Below are positions 8,568 to 17,120 of a stretch of 52,015 nucleotides of DNA, one piece after another. The stretch's first letter is position 1; the number at the start of each line of letters is the position of its first letter. The stretch covers positions 1-52,015 of the forward strand of contig JBILWG010000002.1 of the NCBI GenBank assembly GCA_044369995.1, read 5' to 3'. Below the pieces are notes generated by a model. That model was not told the origin of the DNA. It was given only the letters and a program-made list of their open reading frames with translations, and made no database searches. The position numbers were made by a program, and so were the translations under genes. The DNA comes from Gaiellales bacterium. Its GTDB lineage: Bacteria; Actinomycetota; Thermoleophilia; Gaiellales; F1-60-MAGs149.

Positions 8568-9191
8568 TCACGCTCCTTGGGTGGCGCTACCGGCGCCGGT
8601 GGGGGTTCGATCGATCATCCGCTCCAGCTCTGCCTCGAGCCCGCGGTCTCCGGTCTCGATGATCTCGAGCGGCAGGCGCAGGGTCTGGGCGGCGCGGGCG
8701 GCGCCCTCGCGCAGGGCGGGGGTGGGGTCCTGGGCGAGCCAGACGACCCGGGTGTACTCGCGGAAGTAGTCGTCGCGCAATTCGGGATGCCGGTCGAGGC
8801 CGAGCTCCTGCACGACGAGGCGGTCGAAGCCCTTGATCAGGGCGTCGGTGAGCAGGAAGGTGCCGGGCTCGCTCCCGTGGAGCTCCGCGATGCGGTCGGG
8901 GCCGGCGAAGACGTCGTAGCAGTGGCTGCCGCGCAGGCGCTCGAGGCCGAGGTCCTCGCAGACCTCATCGAGCGCGCCGTACGTGCCGCAGTCGGCGTAC
9001 GCGACGACGACGCGCTCGTGGTCGGCGGCCAGCTGTTCGGCCAGCTCGCGCACTGCCGGGGCGATGCGGTCGGGGCGCTGGTGGAGCAGCGGCGGCAACG
9101 GGTGCACGGAGACGTCCCAGCGGCGGCGCGTGCGGATCGCGTCGACGTGCTGGGTGAGCGCGCCACAGGTGATGACGGCGACGTCGCTCAT
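8568..9191 (-). CDS. DUF1638 domain protein
   Basis: 207 aa starting at [16 protein letters not shown] overlap with the upstream activase gene. The 395-aa track ORF extends upstream in an Arg-rich artefact frame that overlaps the real upstream gene. Confidence 0.7.
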   Translation of the reverse strand: MSDVAVITCGALTQHVDAIRTRRRWDVSVHPLPPLLHQRPDRIAPAVRELAEQLAADHERVVVAYADCGTYGALDEVCEDLGLERLRGSHCYDVFAGPDRIAELHGSEPGTFLLTDALIKGFDRLVVQELGLDRHPELRDDYFREYTRVVWLAQDPTPALREGAARAAQTLRLPLEIIETGDRGLEAELERMIDRTPTGAGSATQGA

Positions 9192-11074
9192 GTTCCCACC
9201 GGGAACGCGAGCTGCTCGACGAAGCGATCGTTGAAATCGGTGCGCTCGGACAGCTCGACGTACTCGATCTCGTCGATCAGCGCCTTCCCGGCGTGGCGTT
9301 CCTGGATCGACAGGATCGCCATCTTGGCGCCCTCGCCCGCGACGTTGCCGGCGCTGATGATGCGCGGGATCGGCAGCTTCGGCACGAGGCCGATGCGGAT
9401 CGCGCTGGCGGCGGACAGGTACGAGCCGAAGGAGCCGGCGAGCAGCACCTGGGCGATGTCGGCCTCGTCGATGCCGAGCTCCTCGATCATCAGGCGCCAG
9501 CCGGTCGCGATCGCGGCCTTGGCGAACTGCAGTTCGCGCACGTCGCGCTGCGACAGGTAGACGGCATTCTCGCCGTCGCCGACCTCGCCCTTCCAGTGCA
9601 ACACGAAGACGCGCTCGCCGTTGACGGTCAGCAGGTTGGGGGCGAGGCCGGGGAGGCGCTCGGCGGCCTGCTCGTCGGTGAGGTACTTGCCGGAGGCATC
9701 GAGCATGCCGACGCGCACGAGCTCGGCGACGGCATCGACCAGACCGGAGCCGCACATGCCGACGGGCGCCGCCTCGCCGATCACACCGAGCTCGACAGCC
9801 TCCTCGGACAGCTTGACGACCTCGATCGCGCCGTCGTCGGCGCGCATGCCGCAGCGGATCGATGCGGCCTCGAAGGCGGGGCCGGCGGGTGCGGCGGTCG
9901 AGACGATGCGGTCCTGGTTGCCGATCGCGATCTCGCAGTTGGTGCCGACGTCGATGAACAGCCGCAGGCGACGGTCGCGGTCCAGGCCGGTCGCGAGAAT
10001 GCCGGCGGTGATATCGCCGCCGACGTATGCGCCGAGCGACGGGAAGACGGTGGCGGGTGCATTCGGATGGATCGAGATGCCGAGATCGCTGGCACGCAGG
10101 CCGTCATAGCCTTCGCTGGTCATCACGAAGGGTGCGACGCCGAGCGGCTCGGGATCGATGCCGAGCGCGATCTGCGTCATCGTCGCGTTGCCGGCGAGGA
10201 CGATCTCATAGACCTCGTTGCGGTCGATCTCGCCGGCGGCGAGGACCTCCTCGGTCAGCTCCGCGAGCGTCTCGTGCGCGAGATCGCGCAGCTTCTCGAG
10301 CGCGTCGGGATCCATCATCGTGGCGCTGATGCGCGAGATGACGTCGGCGCCGAACGGCTGCTGCTTGTTGAGCATGCTCTTGACCGCGACAGGCGTGCCG
10401 GTCTCGATGTCGAGCAGGTTGGCGACGACGGTGGTGGTGCCGAGGTCGTAGGCGATCGCGAAGCGGCGGCCCGTCGTGTCGCCGGGCTCGACACTGATCA
10501 GCTCGCTGTCGGCGATCACCGCGGTGACCTCCCAGTTGGCCGACCGCAGCACCTTGCCGAGCGTGCGCAATACGGAGATCGAGGTCGTCAGCTCGAGGTC
10601 GTCCATCGCGTCGAGGACGCGCTGGATGTCGGTGCGCTGGTCCGACAGCGTGGCCTCCTCGAGCTGGAGGAAGCGCTTGACGATCGAGGGGCGAAGGATC
10701 ACCTGGCGGCCGACGCCGACGGTGGCGGCCTTCGGTCGGGTCTGCAGCGGCGGCACCTCGATCGACAGGTCGCCGGCCGTCTGGATGCGGCAGGCGAGGC
10801 GCCACCCGTCGCGCAGCTCGTCGGCGGTGAAGGCGCGGCTGTCGAGCTTCGACAGGGGCGCCTCGCCCTCCGTGATCTGCACCTTGCACTTGCGGCACGT
10901 GCCGTGCCCGCCGCAGGTCGAGTCGATCGCGATGCCGTTCCACGACGCGGCGTCGAAGACGGTGACGCCGCCCGGGACCTTCACGTCGATGCCGCTGGGA
11001 GAGAACTGCAGGCGAACGCGCGCAGGCGCACCGGCGACGTTGCCCTCTTCCAGTTCTTCCTCAGCCGCGCTCAT
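9188..11074 (-). CDS. corrinoid reductive activase (RACo/RamA-like: N-terminal 2Fe-2S ferredoxin domain plus ASKHA ATPase domain, DUF4445)
   Basis: 628 aa from the ATG at 11074. Plant-type ferredoxin Cys cluster ([12 protein letters not shown]). The C-terminal part is actin/hsp70-like ([27 protein letters not shown]). Confidence 0.8.
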   Translation of the reverse strand: MSAAEEELEEGNVAGAPARVRLQFSPSGIDVKVPGGVTVFDAASWNGIAIDSTCGGHGTCRKCKVQITEGEAPLSKLDSRAFTADELRDGWRLACRIQTAGDLSIEVPPLQTRPKAATVGVGRQVILRPSIVKRFLQLEEATLSDQRTDIQRVLDAMDDLELTTSISVLRTLGKVLRSANWEVTAVIADSELISVEPGDTTGRRFAIAYDLGTTTVVANLLDIETGTPVAVKSMLNKQQPFGADVISRISATMMDPDALEKLRDLAHETLAELTEEVLAAGEIDRNEVYEIVLAGNATMTQIALGIDPEPLGVAPFVMTSEGYDGLRASDLGISIHPNAPATVFPSLGAYVGGDITAGILATGLDRDRRLRLFIDVGTNCEIAIGNQDRIVSTAAPAGPAFEAASIRCGMRADDGAIEVVKLSEEAVELGVIGEAAPVGMCGSGLVDAVAELVRVGMLDASGKYLTDEQAAERLPGLAPNLLTVNGERVFVLHWKGEVGDGENAVYLSQRDVRELQFAKAAIATGWRLMIEELGIDEADIAQVLLAGSFGSYLSAASAIRIGLVPKLPIPRIISAGNVAGEGAKMAILSIQERHAGKALIDEIEYVELSERTDFNDRFVEQLAFPVGT

Positions 11075-11078
11075 CGCG

Positions 11079-11933
11079 TTACGCGCTCGGCGCCGGGCGG
11101 TAGTTGCCGATCCAGTTGATGCCGTACTCGTCCTTGCCGAGCATGACATCGGAGCCGCGGACGGCCTTGACGCACTCCTCGGAGCGGGCATCCATGATCG
11201 CGCTCGTCATGCCGGCGCCCGCCGCCATGGCGAGGAACGTGCCGTTGAGCGTGTGGCGGCTCGGCATGCCGAACGACGTGTTCGACGCGCCGCAGGTGGT
11301 GTTCAGGCCGAACTCCTCCTTGATGGCGGCGATCGTCTTGAAGAAGTGGTACGCGGACATCGGCTCGGCGCCGATCGGCATCGCGAGCGCGTCGATCACG
11401 ATGTCCTCCAGCGGGATCTCGTACTTGCCGTGCACGACGTCGACGAGGCGCTTGCAGAACTCGAAGCGCTCCTCCCACAGCACCGGGATGCCCTCCTCGC
11501 CGTTCGTCAGGCAGATGATCGCCGCGCCGTGCTCCTTGATCAGCGGCAGGACGGCTTCGTAGCGATCCGCCTCGCACGTGATCGAGTTGACGAGGGCCTT
11601 GCCCTTGTAGACGCTCAGACCGGCCTCGAGCGCCTCGATCACCGAGGAGTCGATGCAGATCGGCAGATCCGTCTTCTCCTGGATCATCGTGATCGCCTGC
11701 GCCATCAGCGCGGGCTCGTCGGCCAGCGGCACGCCCATGTTGACGTCGAGGATGTGGGCGCCACCCGCGATCTGCTCGTCGACGTCGATCAGGACCTGGG
11801 ACAGATCATTGGCGCGCAGCTGCTCCTGGAAGACCTTGCGGCCAGTCGGGTTGATGCGCTCCCCGATGATGCAGAACGGCTGGTCGTCACCGATCGTGAC
11901 GGTCTTAGTGGGCGACGATACGGTCGTGAGCAT
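11079..11933 (-). CDS. methyltetrahydrofolate:corrinoid methyltransferase (pterin-binding, MtgA/AcsE/MetH-like)
   Basis: 284 aa. Pterin-binding barrel motifs IIGERINPTGRK, ILDVNMG, NSIT and CGASNTSFGMP. Confidence 0.85.
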   Translation of the reverse strand: MLTTVSSPTKTVTIGDDQPFCIIGERINPTGRKVFQEQLRANDLSQVLIDVDEQIAGGAHILDVNMGVPLADEPALMAQAITMIQEKTDLPICIDSSVIEALEAGLSVYKGKALVNSITCEADRYEAVLPLIKEHGAAIICLTNGEEGIPVLWEERFEFCKRLVDVVHGKYEIPLEDIVIDALAMPIGAEPMSAYHFFKTIAAIKEEFGLNTTCGASNTSFGMPSRHTLNGTFLAMAAGAGMTSAIMDARSEECVKAVRGSDVMLGKDEYGINWIGNYRPAPSA

Positions 11934-12846
11934 GCTGCTCCCTCTCGGTTCGGGGCTTGATACCCAGGTCGTTGCAGAGACGGGCCATGGAGCCGTCCTT
12001 GCGAAAGTCGGTCAGGTGGAGGCCGCGCACGCCCGGCAGGCTCAGCGCATGCTGGCACTGCTCGAGGACGAGCTGGTACGCCTCCTCGGCGGGCGTCTCG
12101 GCGTCGGCGACGCGGCTGATCACGTCGGCGGGGACGTCGATGCCGGGTACCGAGTTGTTCATGAACTTCAGGGGGCCGGCGCCCTTGACGGCCACGACGC
12201 TCGGCAGGATCGCGCACCGCTCGGTGAAGCCGTTCTCGTGCAGTGCCCTGGCGAACGCCTCGAGGCGATCGGGGTGGTAGCAGATCTGCAGCTGGAGATA
12301 GCGGGCACCGGCGAGGATCTTCTTCGCCGCGCGCTGCGCGCGATAGTCGAGCGGATGCGTGCCGGGGTTCTCGACGGCGCCGATCACCAGCGGCGGCGGC
12401 GTGCCGACGGAGCGGCCCGACAGGTAGCGGCCCTCCTTCAGCGAGTTGGCCAGGCGGATCAGCTGCGGGCCGTCGAGATCGAAGACGCGGCGCGCCTCGG
12501 ATTCGTCGCCAGCCGTCACGTCGTCGCCGGTGAGACAGCAGATGTTCTCCACGCCGTGCAGGGCTGCGCCCATGATGTCGGCCTGCTGCGCGATGCGGTT
12601 CTTGTCGCGACAGACGACCTGCAGGATCGGCTCGACGCCCAGGCGCTGCATGGCGATCGCCATCGCGACGTTGCTGGCGTGCGCATGCGCCGCCGTGTTG
12701 TCCGTCGCGTTCATCGCGTCGCACCACGGGGCCAGCTCCTGGAGCTTGGCCTCGTAGTCGGCGAGGGTGCCACCGTCGATCACGGGCGCCTCGCCCGTGA
12801 TGATCAGCTGGTCGCCCGCATCGAGCAGCTCGCCGAGCCGCGACAC
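11905..12846 (-). CDS. metF: methylenetetrahydrofolate reductase, MetF (MetV-associated type)
   Basis: 313 aa with MTHFR-fold motifs (NATDNTAAH, QVVCRDKNR, CLTGDD). Its 3' end overlaps the downstream methyltransferase start by 29 nt in another frame. Confidence 0.8.
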   Translation of the reverse strand: MSRLGELLDAGDQLIITGEAPVIDGGTLADYEAKLQELAPWCDAMNATDNTAAHAHASNVAMAIAMQRLGVEPILQVVCRDKNRIAQQADIMGAALHGVENICCLTGDDVTAGDESEARRVFDLDGPQLIRLANSLKEGRYLSGRSVGTPPPLVIGAVENPGTHPLDYRAQRAAKKILAGARYLQLQICYHPDRLEAFARALHENGFTERCAILPSVVAVKGAGPLKFMNNSVPGIDVPADVISRVADAETPAEEAYQLVLEQCQHALSLPGVRGLHLTDFRKDGSMARLCNDLGIKPRTEREQHAHDRIVAH

Positions 12847-12847
12847 G

Positions 12848-13243
12848 CTACGCCTCCACCTCGGCCGCCGGCGCCTCGTTCTCGGGCGTCCAGCCGGGCG
12901 GCGTCTCCTTGTCGCGGCCGCTCAGGGCGTTCTTCCACGACGAGTCGCCCTTGAGGCGGTTGTCGACCGGCGGCCGCAGGTTGTTGAAGTGCCCGCGCCA
13001 GGCTTCGGGCATGAGGGGGAGGGTGCGCGAACGCTCCTCAGCCTTCACCCAGACGCATCGCATCTCCGGCTTGACCTCGCAATGCCCGTCCTCCCGCACG
13101 CCGCCGCAGGGGCCGTTGCGCAGGGTCTTCGGACACGTCATCGGGCACGTCATACCCGTGTCGTGCAGCACGCACTGGCCGCACATCCTGCAATCCCAGA
13201 TCGGCTTCTTGATGACGTGCTCGATGGCGGAGATCAGGCCCAT
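12848..13243 (-). CDS. metV: MetV-type Cys-rich MTHFR accessory subunit (MTHFR C-terminal-domain family)
   Basis: 131 aa. Cys cluster CRMCGQCVLHDTGMTCPMTCPKTLRNGPCGG. It lies 1 nt upstream of metF. Confidence 0.75.
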   Translation of the reverse strand: MGLISAIEHVIKKPIWDCRMCGQCVLHDTGMTCPMTCPKTLRNGPCGGVREDGHCEVKPEMRCVWVKAEERSRTLPLMPEAWRGHFNNLRPPVDNRLKGDSSWKNALSGRDKETPPGWTPENEAPAAEVEA

Positions 13244-13252
13244 GCCGCTGCC

Positions 13253-13918
13253 CTACGCGGTGACCGATGCGCGCTGCTTGGCGATCAGGTCCTTCGACAG
13301 CTTCACGGCCGCAGAGGCGTCTGCGGCGTAGCCGTCGGCCGCCACCGCATCCGCATACTCCTGCGTCACGGGGGCGCCGCCGACGAGGACGATCACCTTG
13401 TCGCGCAGGCCGGCCTTCTCGAGCGCGTTGATGTTCGCCTTGAACATCGGCATCGTGGTCGTCAGGAAGGCGCTCATGCCGAGGATGTCGGGCTGATGCT
13501 CCTCGACGGCCTCGACGAACTTCTCGGGGGCAACCTGCACGCCGAGGTCGATGACTTCGAAGCCAGCGCCCTCGAGCATGATGTTGACGAGGTTCTTGCC
13601 GATGTCATGGACGTCGCCCTTGACGGTGCCCATCACGAACTTGCCGATCGTCTCCGTGCCCTTGGCGGCAAGCAGCGGGCGCAGCACCTCGAGGGCACCG
13701 GCCATCGCCTTGCCGGCGATCAGCATCTCGGGGACGAACCAGTCGCCGCGCTCGAAGCGCGCGCCGACCTCTTCGAGGCTCGGGATCAGGGCGTCGAAGA
13801 GCAGCGTCTCCGGCTCCATCCCCTGCTCGAGGCCCTGGTTGGTCAGCTCGATCACGGCGGGGCCGTTGCCGACCATCGTCTCGTCGTAGAGCTTCTGGAG
13901 TAGTTCCTCGCTGGTCAT
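13253..13918 (-). CDS. corrinoid (cobalamin-binding) methyl-carrier protein
   Basis: 221 aa. B12-binding cap helix region plus a Rossmann domain with the His-on ligand motif GDVHDIGKNLV and MSAFLTTT. Confidence 0.9.
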   Translation of the reverse strand: MTSEELLQKLYDETMVGNGPAVIELTNQGLEQGMEPETLLFDALIPSLEEVGARFERGDWFVPEMLIAGKAMAGALEVLRPLLAAKGTETIGKFVMGTVKGDVHDIGKNLVNIMLEGAGFEVIDLGVQVAPEKFVEAVEEHQPDILGMSAFLTTTMPMFKANINALEKAGLRDKVIVLVGGAPVTQEYADAVAADGYAADASAAVKLSKDLIAKQRASVTA

Positions 13919-14694
13919 GCCGCACCCTCCTCAAGGTGTTGGTGGCTGAGTCGTGCTTCGAGCTCGGCCGCGCTGCGGACGAGCAGTTCGCCGATCTGGG
14001 AGTATCGGTCGGGTGTGATCCGCATGCTGGGGCCGGCGATCGCGATGCCGGCGATGACGCGCCGGTCGGCGCCGCGGATGGGCGCGCCGATCGCGATCAG
14101 CCCGGGCTCGATCTCCTCGATGGAGATGCCGTAGCCACGCTGGCGCGTGGCCTCCAGGTCGCGGACGAGGTCCGCGCGGATGGTCAGGGTCTTGGGTGTC
14201 AGCTGCTCGAGCTGGCCGCTGGGCAGCGACATCGCGCCGTGGGCGAGCATGGCCTTGCCGACGGCGGAGGCGTGATACGGGACGGTGCGTCCCATCCAGT
14301 TCGTCGAGCCGAGGATGTACGCACCTTCAGCCTGCGCGATCTGCTCGATGCCGCGCGAGGTGGGAATCGAGAGGGTCGTCGTCTCGCCGGTCACGGAGGC
14401 GACGCTGTCCAGCACGTCCTGCGCGAGCTCGGGCAGCTGCGGATCGAGGCGGGCGCGACGGACGTAGGTGTCGATGGCGGGTCCGGCCTGGAGGCTGCCG
14501 TCGTCGGGGTCGCGCTGCAGGAGACCGTGGCGCTCGAGCGCCCCGACGAGGCGCGATGTGGTGCTCTTCGGCAGGTTGACGGCGTCGCTCAGCGCACCGA
14601 CCGTCATCTTGCCTTCGCCTTCGAGGACGTAGGTGAGGATGGTGGCGGCGCGGTCGATCGCCTGGGTGCCGGTGGGTGCGGTGAGTGCTTCCAT
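13915..14694 (-). CDS. IclR-family transcriptional regulator
   Basis: 259 aa from the ATG at 14694. N-terminal wHTH (TQAIDRAATILTYV ... LSDAVNLPKSTTSRLVGALE) and a C-terminal IclR effector domain. ATGA overlap with the corrinoid-protein gene. Confidence 0.85.
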   Translation of the reverse strand: MEALTAPTGTQAIDRAATILTYVLEGEGKMTVGALSDAVNLPKSTTSRLVGALERHGLLQRDPDDGSLQAGPAIDTYVRRARLDPQLPELAQDVLDSVASVTGETTTLSIPTSRGIEQIAQAEGAYILGSTNWMGRTVPYHASAVGKAMLAHGAMSLPSGQLEQLTPKTLTIRADLVRDLEATRQRGYGISIEEIEPGLIAIGAPIRGADRRVIAGIAIAGPSMRITPDRYSQIGELLVRSAAELEARLSHQHLEEGAA

Positions 14695-14697
14695 GAT

Positions 14698-14742
14698 GTG
14701 GAACTTGCGTTTCGGATGGTGAGTGTACGAGAATGTTCCCAC
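14698..14742. promoter_or_regulatory. imperfect inverted repeat in the iclR/mttB divergent control region (candidate operator) with a possible -35/-10
   Basis: GTGGAAC (14698-14704) faces GTTCCCAC (14735-14742). TTGCGT (14705-14710), an 18-nt spacer and GAGAAT (14729-14734) lie between them. This is the most AT-rich stretch locally. Confidence 0.3.
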
Positions 14743-14782
14743 GCGCGTCAAGCAGATCGCGCCACCGCCTGGAGGACACCTG

Positions 14783-16231
14783 ATGTTCGTCAACAAGCAA
14801 CCGCGCTACGAGATTCTCTCCGAGGACGCGATGGCCACGCTCGACAAGGGCTGGAAGCGTCTCGTCTCCGAGATCGGCATCGAGTTCGCCAGCCCCTGGG
14901 CGACCGAGCTGCTCGCCGCCGCCGGCCAGAAGGTCGACGGGATCAACGTCAAGTTCGACCCCGAGTGGGTGCTCGAGCAGGTCGCCAAGGCACCGGCCCA
15001 GTTCGACGTGCACGCGCGCAATCCGGAGAACAGCGTCACCATCGGCGGCGACAACATGGTCTTCGCGAGCGCCTACGGCCCGCCGTTCGCACGCCGCGGC
15101 GCGCTGCGCAAGGAGGGCACGCTCGAGGACTACCGCGACTTCCTCAAGCTGTCGCAGTCGTTCTCGCTGCTCGACTCCGCCGGCAGCGTCGTCGTCGAGC
15201 CGAACGACGCGCCGCTCGACTCGCGCCACCTCGACATGCAGTTCGCGCTCGAGACGCTGACGGACAAGATCCACATGGGCAACGTCGTCCGTCCGTCCAA
15301 CGCGGAGGACAGCCTCAACATGGCCGGCATCGTCTTCGGCGGTCGCGAGAAGCTGGAGGAGATGCCCGTGATGATCTCCCTCCTCAACTGCAACTCGCCG
15401 ATGCACTGGGACTCGGGCATGCTCGACTCGATGCAGGTGTACGTGAAGGCGAATCAGCCGGTCCTGCTGACGCCGTTCCTGATCATGGGCGCGATGTCGC
15501 CGGTCTCGATTCCGGCGGCGCTCGCGCAGCTGATGGCGGAGGCCTTCACCGGCATCGCCCTCGCACAGCTTGTGCGCCCCGGCTGCCCGGTGATCCTCGG
15601 CTCGTTCCTGACGAACGCCAACATGCAGTCGGGCTCGACATGCATGGGCACGCCGGAGTCGGCGATCGGCCTCTTCGCGATCGGCCAAATCGCGCGCAAG
15701 TACAACCTGCCGTTCCGCTCCGGCGGCGCCTTCACGTCGAGCCAGTCCGTCGACGCGCAGGCGGGCTACGAGGCGCTGATGACGATGATGCCGACGTTCC
15801 TGGCTGGCACGAACTACGTCCTGCACTCGGGCGGTTGGCTCGAGAGCGGCCTTGTCTCGTCGTTCGAGAAGTTCATCGTCGACATGGAGATCCTGGGCAT
15901 GCTCCAGGCCACCTTCTCGCCGCTCGACTTCAGCGAGGAGTCGCTGGCCTTCGATGCGCACGAGGAGGTGATGTCCTCGACGGACAGCCGCCACTTCCTC
16001 GGTACGGCGCACACGATGGCGCACTTCCGCGACTGCTTCTACCGTCCGCTGCTTTCCTCGTCGGATGCCTTCGAGCGCTGGGAGAAGAACGGCTGTAAGG
16101 ACGCCGCCGAGCGCGCGGGCGAGATCGCCGCGAAGAAGCTCGAGGAGTACGAGGAGCCGACGCTCGATCCCGCGATCCGCGAGGAGCTCGAGGAGTACGT
16201 CGTCCGCCGTCGCGCCGAGCTCGGCGACTAG
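14783..16231 (+). CDS. MttB-superfamily methyltransferase, non-pyrrolysine type (quaternary amine:corrinoid methyltransferase candidate)
   Basis: 482 aa from the ATG at 14783, with GGAGGA 6 nt upstream. Similar over its full length to trimethylamine methyltransferase family proteins (NCNSPMHWDS, LTPFLIMGAMSP, GTNYVLHSGGWLESG). The frame is uninterrupted, with no in-frame TAG. Confidence 0.85.
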   Translation: MFVNKQPRYEILSEDAMATLDKGWKRLVSEIGIEFASPWATELLAAAGQKVDGINVKFDPEWVLEQVAKAPAQFDVHARNPENSVTIGGDNMVFASAYGPPFARRGALRKEGTLEDYRDFLKLSQSFSLLDSAGSVVVEPNDAPLDSRHLDMQFALETLTDKIHMGNVVRPSNAEDSLNMAGIVFGGREKLEEMPVMISLLNCNSPMHWDSGMLDSMQVYVKANQPVLLTPFLIMGAMSPVSIPAALAQLMAEAFTGIALAQLVRPGCPVILGSFLTNANMQSGSTCMGTPESAIGLFAIGQIARKYNLPFRSGGAFTSSQSVDAQAGYEALMTMMPTFLAGTNYVLHSGGWLESGLVSSFEKFIVDMEILGMLQATFSPLDFSEESLAFDAHEEVMSSTDSRHFLGTAHTMAHFRDCFYRPLLSSSDAFERWEKNGCKDAAERAGEIAAKKLEEYEEPTLDPAIREELEEYVVRRRAELGD

Positions 16232-16248
16232 CCCGTCCGGTTCCACCT

Positions 16249-16270
16249 GTGCGGGGCGACGGTACCGCAC
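16249..16270 (+). terminator. short hairpin downstream of the MttB-family gene
   Basis: GTGCGG (16249-16254) and CCGCAC (16265-16270), followed by the pyrimidine-rich run GGTCTCTCCTCTC. Confidence 0.3.
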
Positions 16271-16432
16271 GGTCTCTCCTCTCGTCCGCAGGCGGGGGTC
16301 TCGGCCACTCGGTCGGGGCTCCCGCCTCCTGCGTTGAGTGGCGTGCCGTTGCAGCGCGGCACGTCTGCGCCGCTCACCAGACATTTCACGGATACTGCGC
16401 GGGTGACGAAGACGCCGCACGTGCCGACCTCG

Positions 16433-17095
16433 ATGCTCGCTGCCAGCGCTCGGCGCGCGGTGGATGCCGATTCGAAGTCCGCGGAGGCGTATCGCGCGAT
16501 CAAGGACATGATCGTCTCGCTCGAGTTGCCGCCGGCGGCGCTGCTCGACGAGCGCGGGCTCGCCGAGCGCCTCGATGTCGGGCTGACTCCGGTGCGTCAG
16601 GCCCTGCGGCGGCTGGAGTGGGAGAGCCTGGTCGTGATCCTGCCGCGTCGCGGCACCCTCGTGGCCGACCTCAACGACAGCGACCTCGGCCGCATCTACG
16701 AGCTGCGCTCCGTGCTGGAGCCGCAGGCGGCAGAGCTCGCCGCCGAGCGCGGCAGCGACGAGCAGCGCGCTGCGCTGGCCGCGGTGATCGCCGCGATGCA
16801 CGCCGAGCTGGCGCGGAAGACGCCGGACCGCCGCGCGCTGATCGCCCTCGACCGCGACCTGCACCGCCAGATCTGGGCGATGGCCGGCAACGAGATGCTC
16901 GAGCAGACGCTGGAGTGGCTCTTCTCGCACGTGCTGCGCCGCTGGAACGTGTCGATCGACCGCAACGAATCGCTCGGCTCCGTCATGCAGATGCACGACG
17001 AGCTCGCCGACGCGATCATCGCCGGCAACGCCAAGCAGGCGCGCACCGTGATGAGCCGCCACGTGGCGGGCTTCCAGGCCTCGCAGACCGCATAA
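16433..17095 (+). CDS. GntR-family transcriptional regulator (FadR/FCD subfamily)
   Basis: wHTH region AYRAIKDMIVSLELPPAALLDERGLAERLDVGLTPVRQALRRLEWESLV, then a helical FCD-like C-terminal domain. The start is uncertain; the track ORF begins at 16334. Confidence 0.8.
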   Translation: MLAASARRAVDADSKSAEAYRAIKDMIVSLELPPAALLDERGLAERLDVGLTPVRQALRRLEWESLVVILPRRGTLVADLNDSDLGRIYELRSVLEPQAAELAAERGSDEQRAALAAVIAAMHAELARKTPDRRALIALDRDLHRQIWAMAGNEMLEQTLEWLFSHVLRRWNVSIDRNESLGSVMQMHDELADAIIAGNAKQARTVMSRHVAGFQASQTA

Positions 17096-17120
17096 CCCGG
17101 CCTGCCGCAACCCTCGTCGC

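Noticed and set aside
6492-9560. 1022-aa plus-strand ORF, the largest in this region
   Set aside because: It lies antisense to three well-supported minus-strand genes (the DMG-oxidase-like gene, DUF1638 and the activase). Its translation is Arg/Ala/Gly/Asp-rich low complexity with no recognisable motifs. This is a typical stop-codon-poor antisense frame in very GC-rich DNA.
14783-16231. Possible pyrrolysine (in-frame UAG) in the MttB-family gene
   Set aside because: The reading frame is uninterrupted across the whole family-length protein. No pylT/pylSBCD-like genes are visible in the window. It is therefore treated as a non-Pyl member.
16240-16246. Recurrence of the candidate operator half-site GTTCCAC just after the MttB stop codon
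   Set aside because: A 7-mer is expected to recur several times by chance in 52 kb on two strands. There is no partner half-site nearby.
14695-16432. Cobalamin riboswitch upstream or downstream of the corrinoid gene cluster
   Set aside because: I could not recognise a B12-box-like consensus or the characteristic multi-stem arrangement in the 88-bp divergent region or the 201-bp region after the MttB gene. A covariance-model scan would be needed to exclude one formally.
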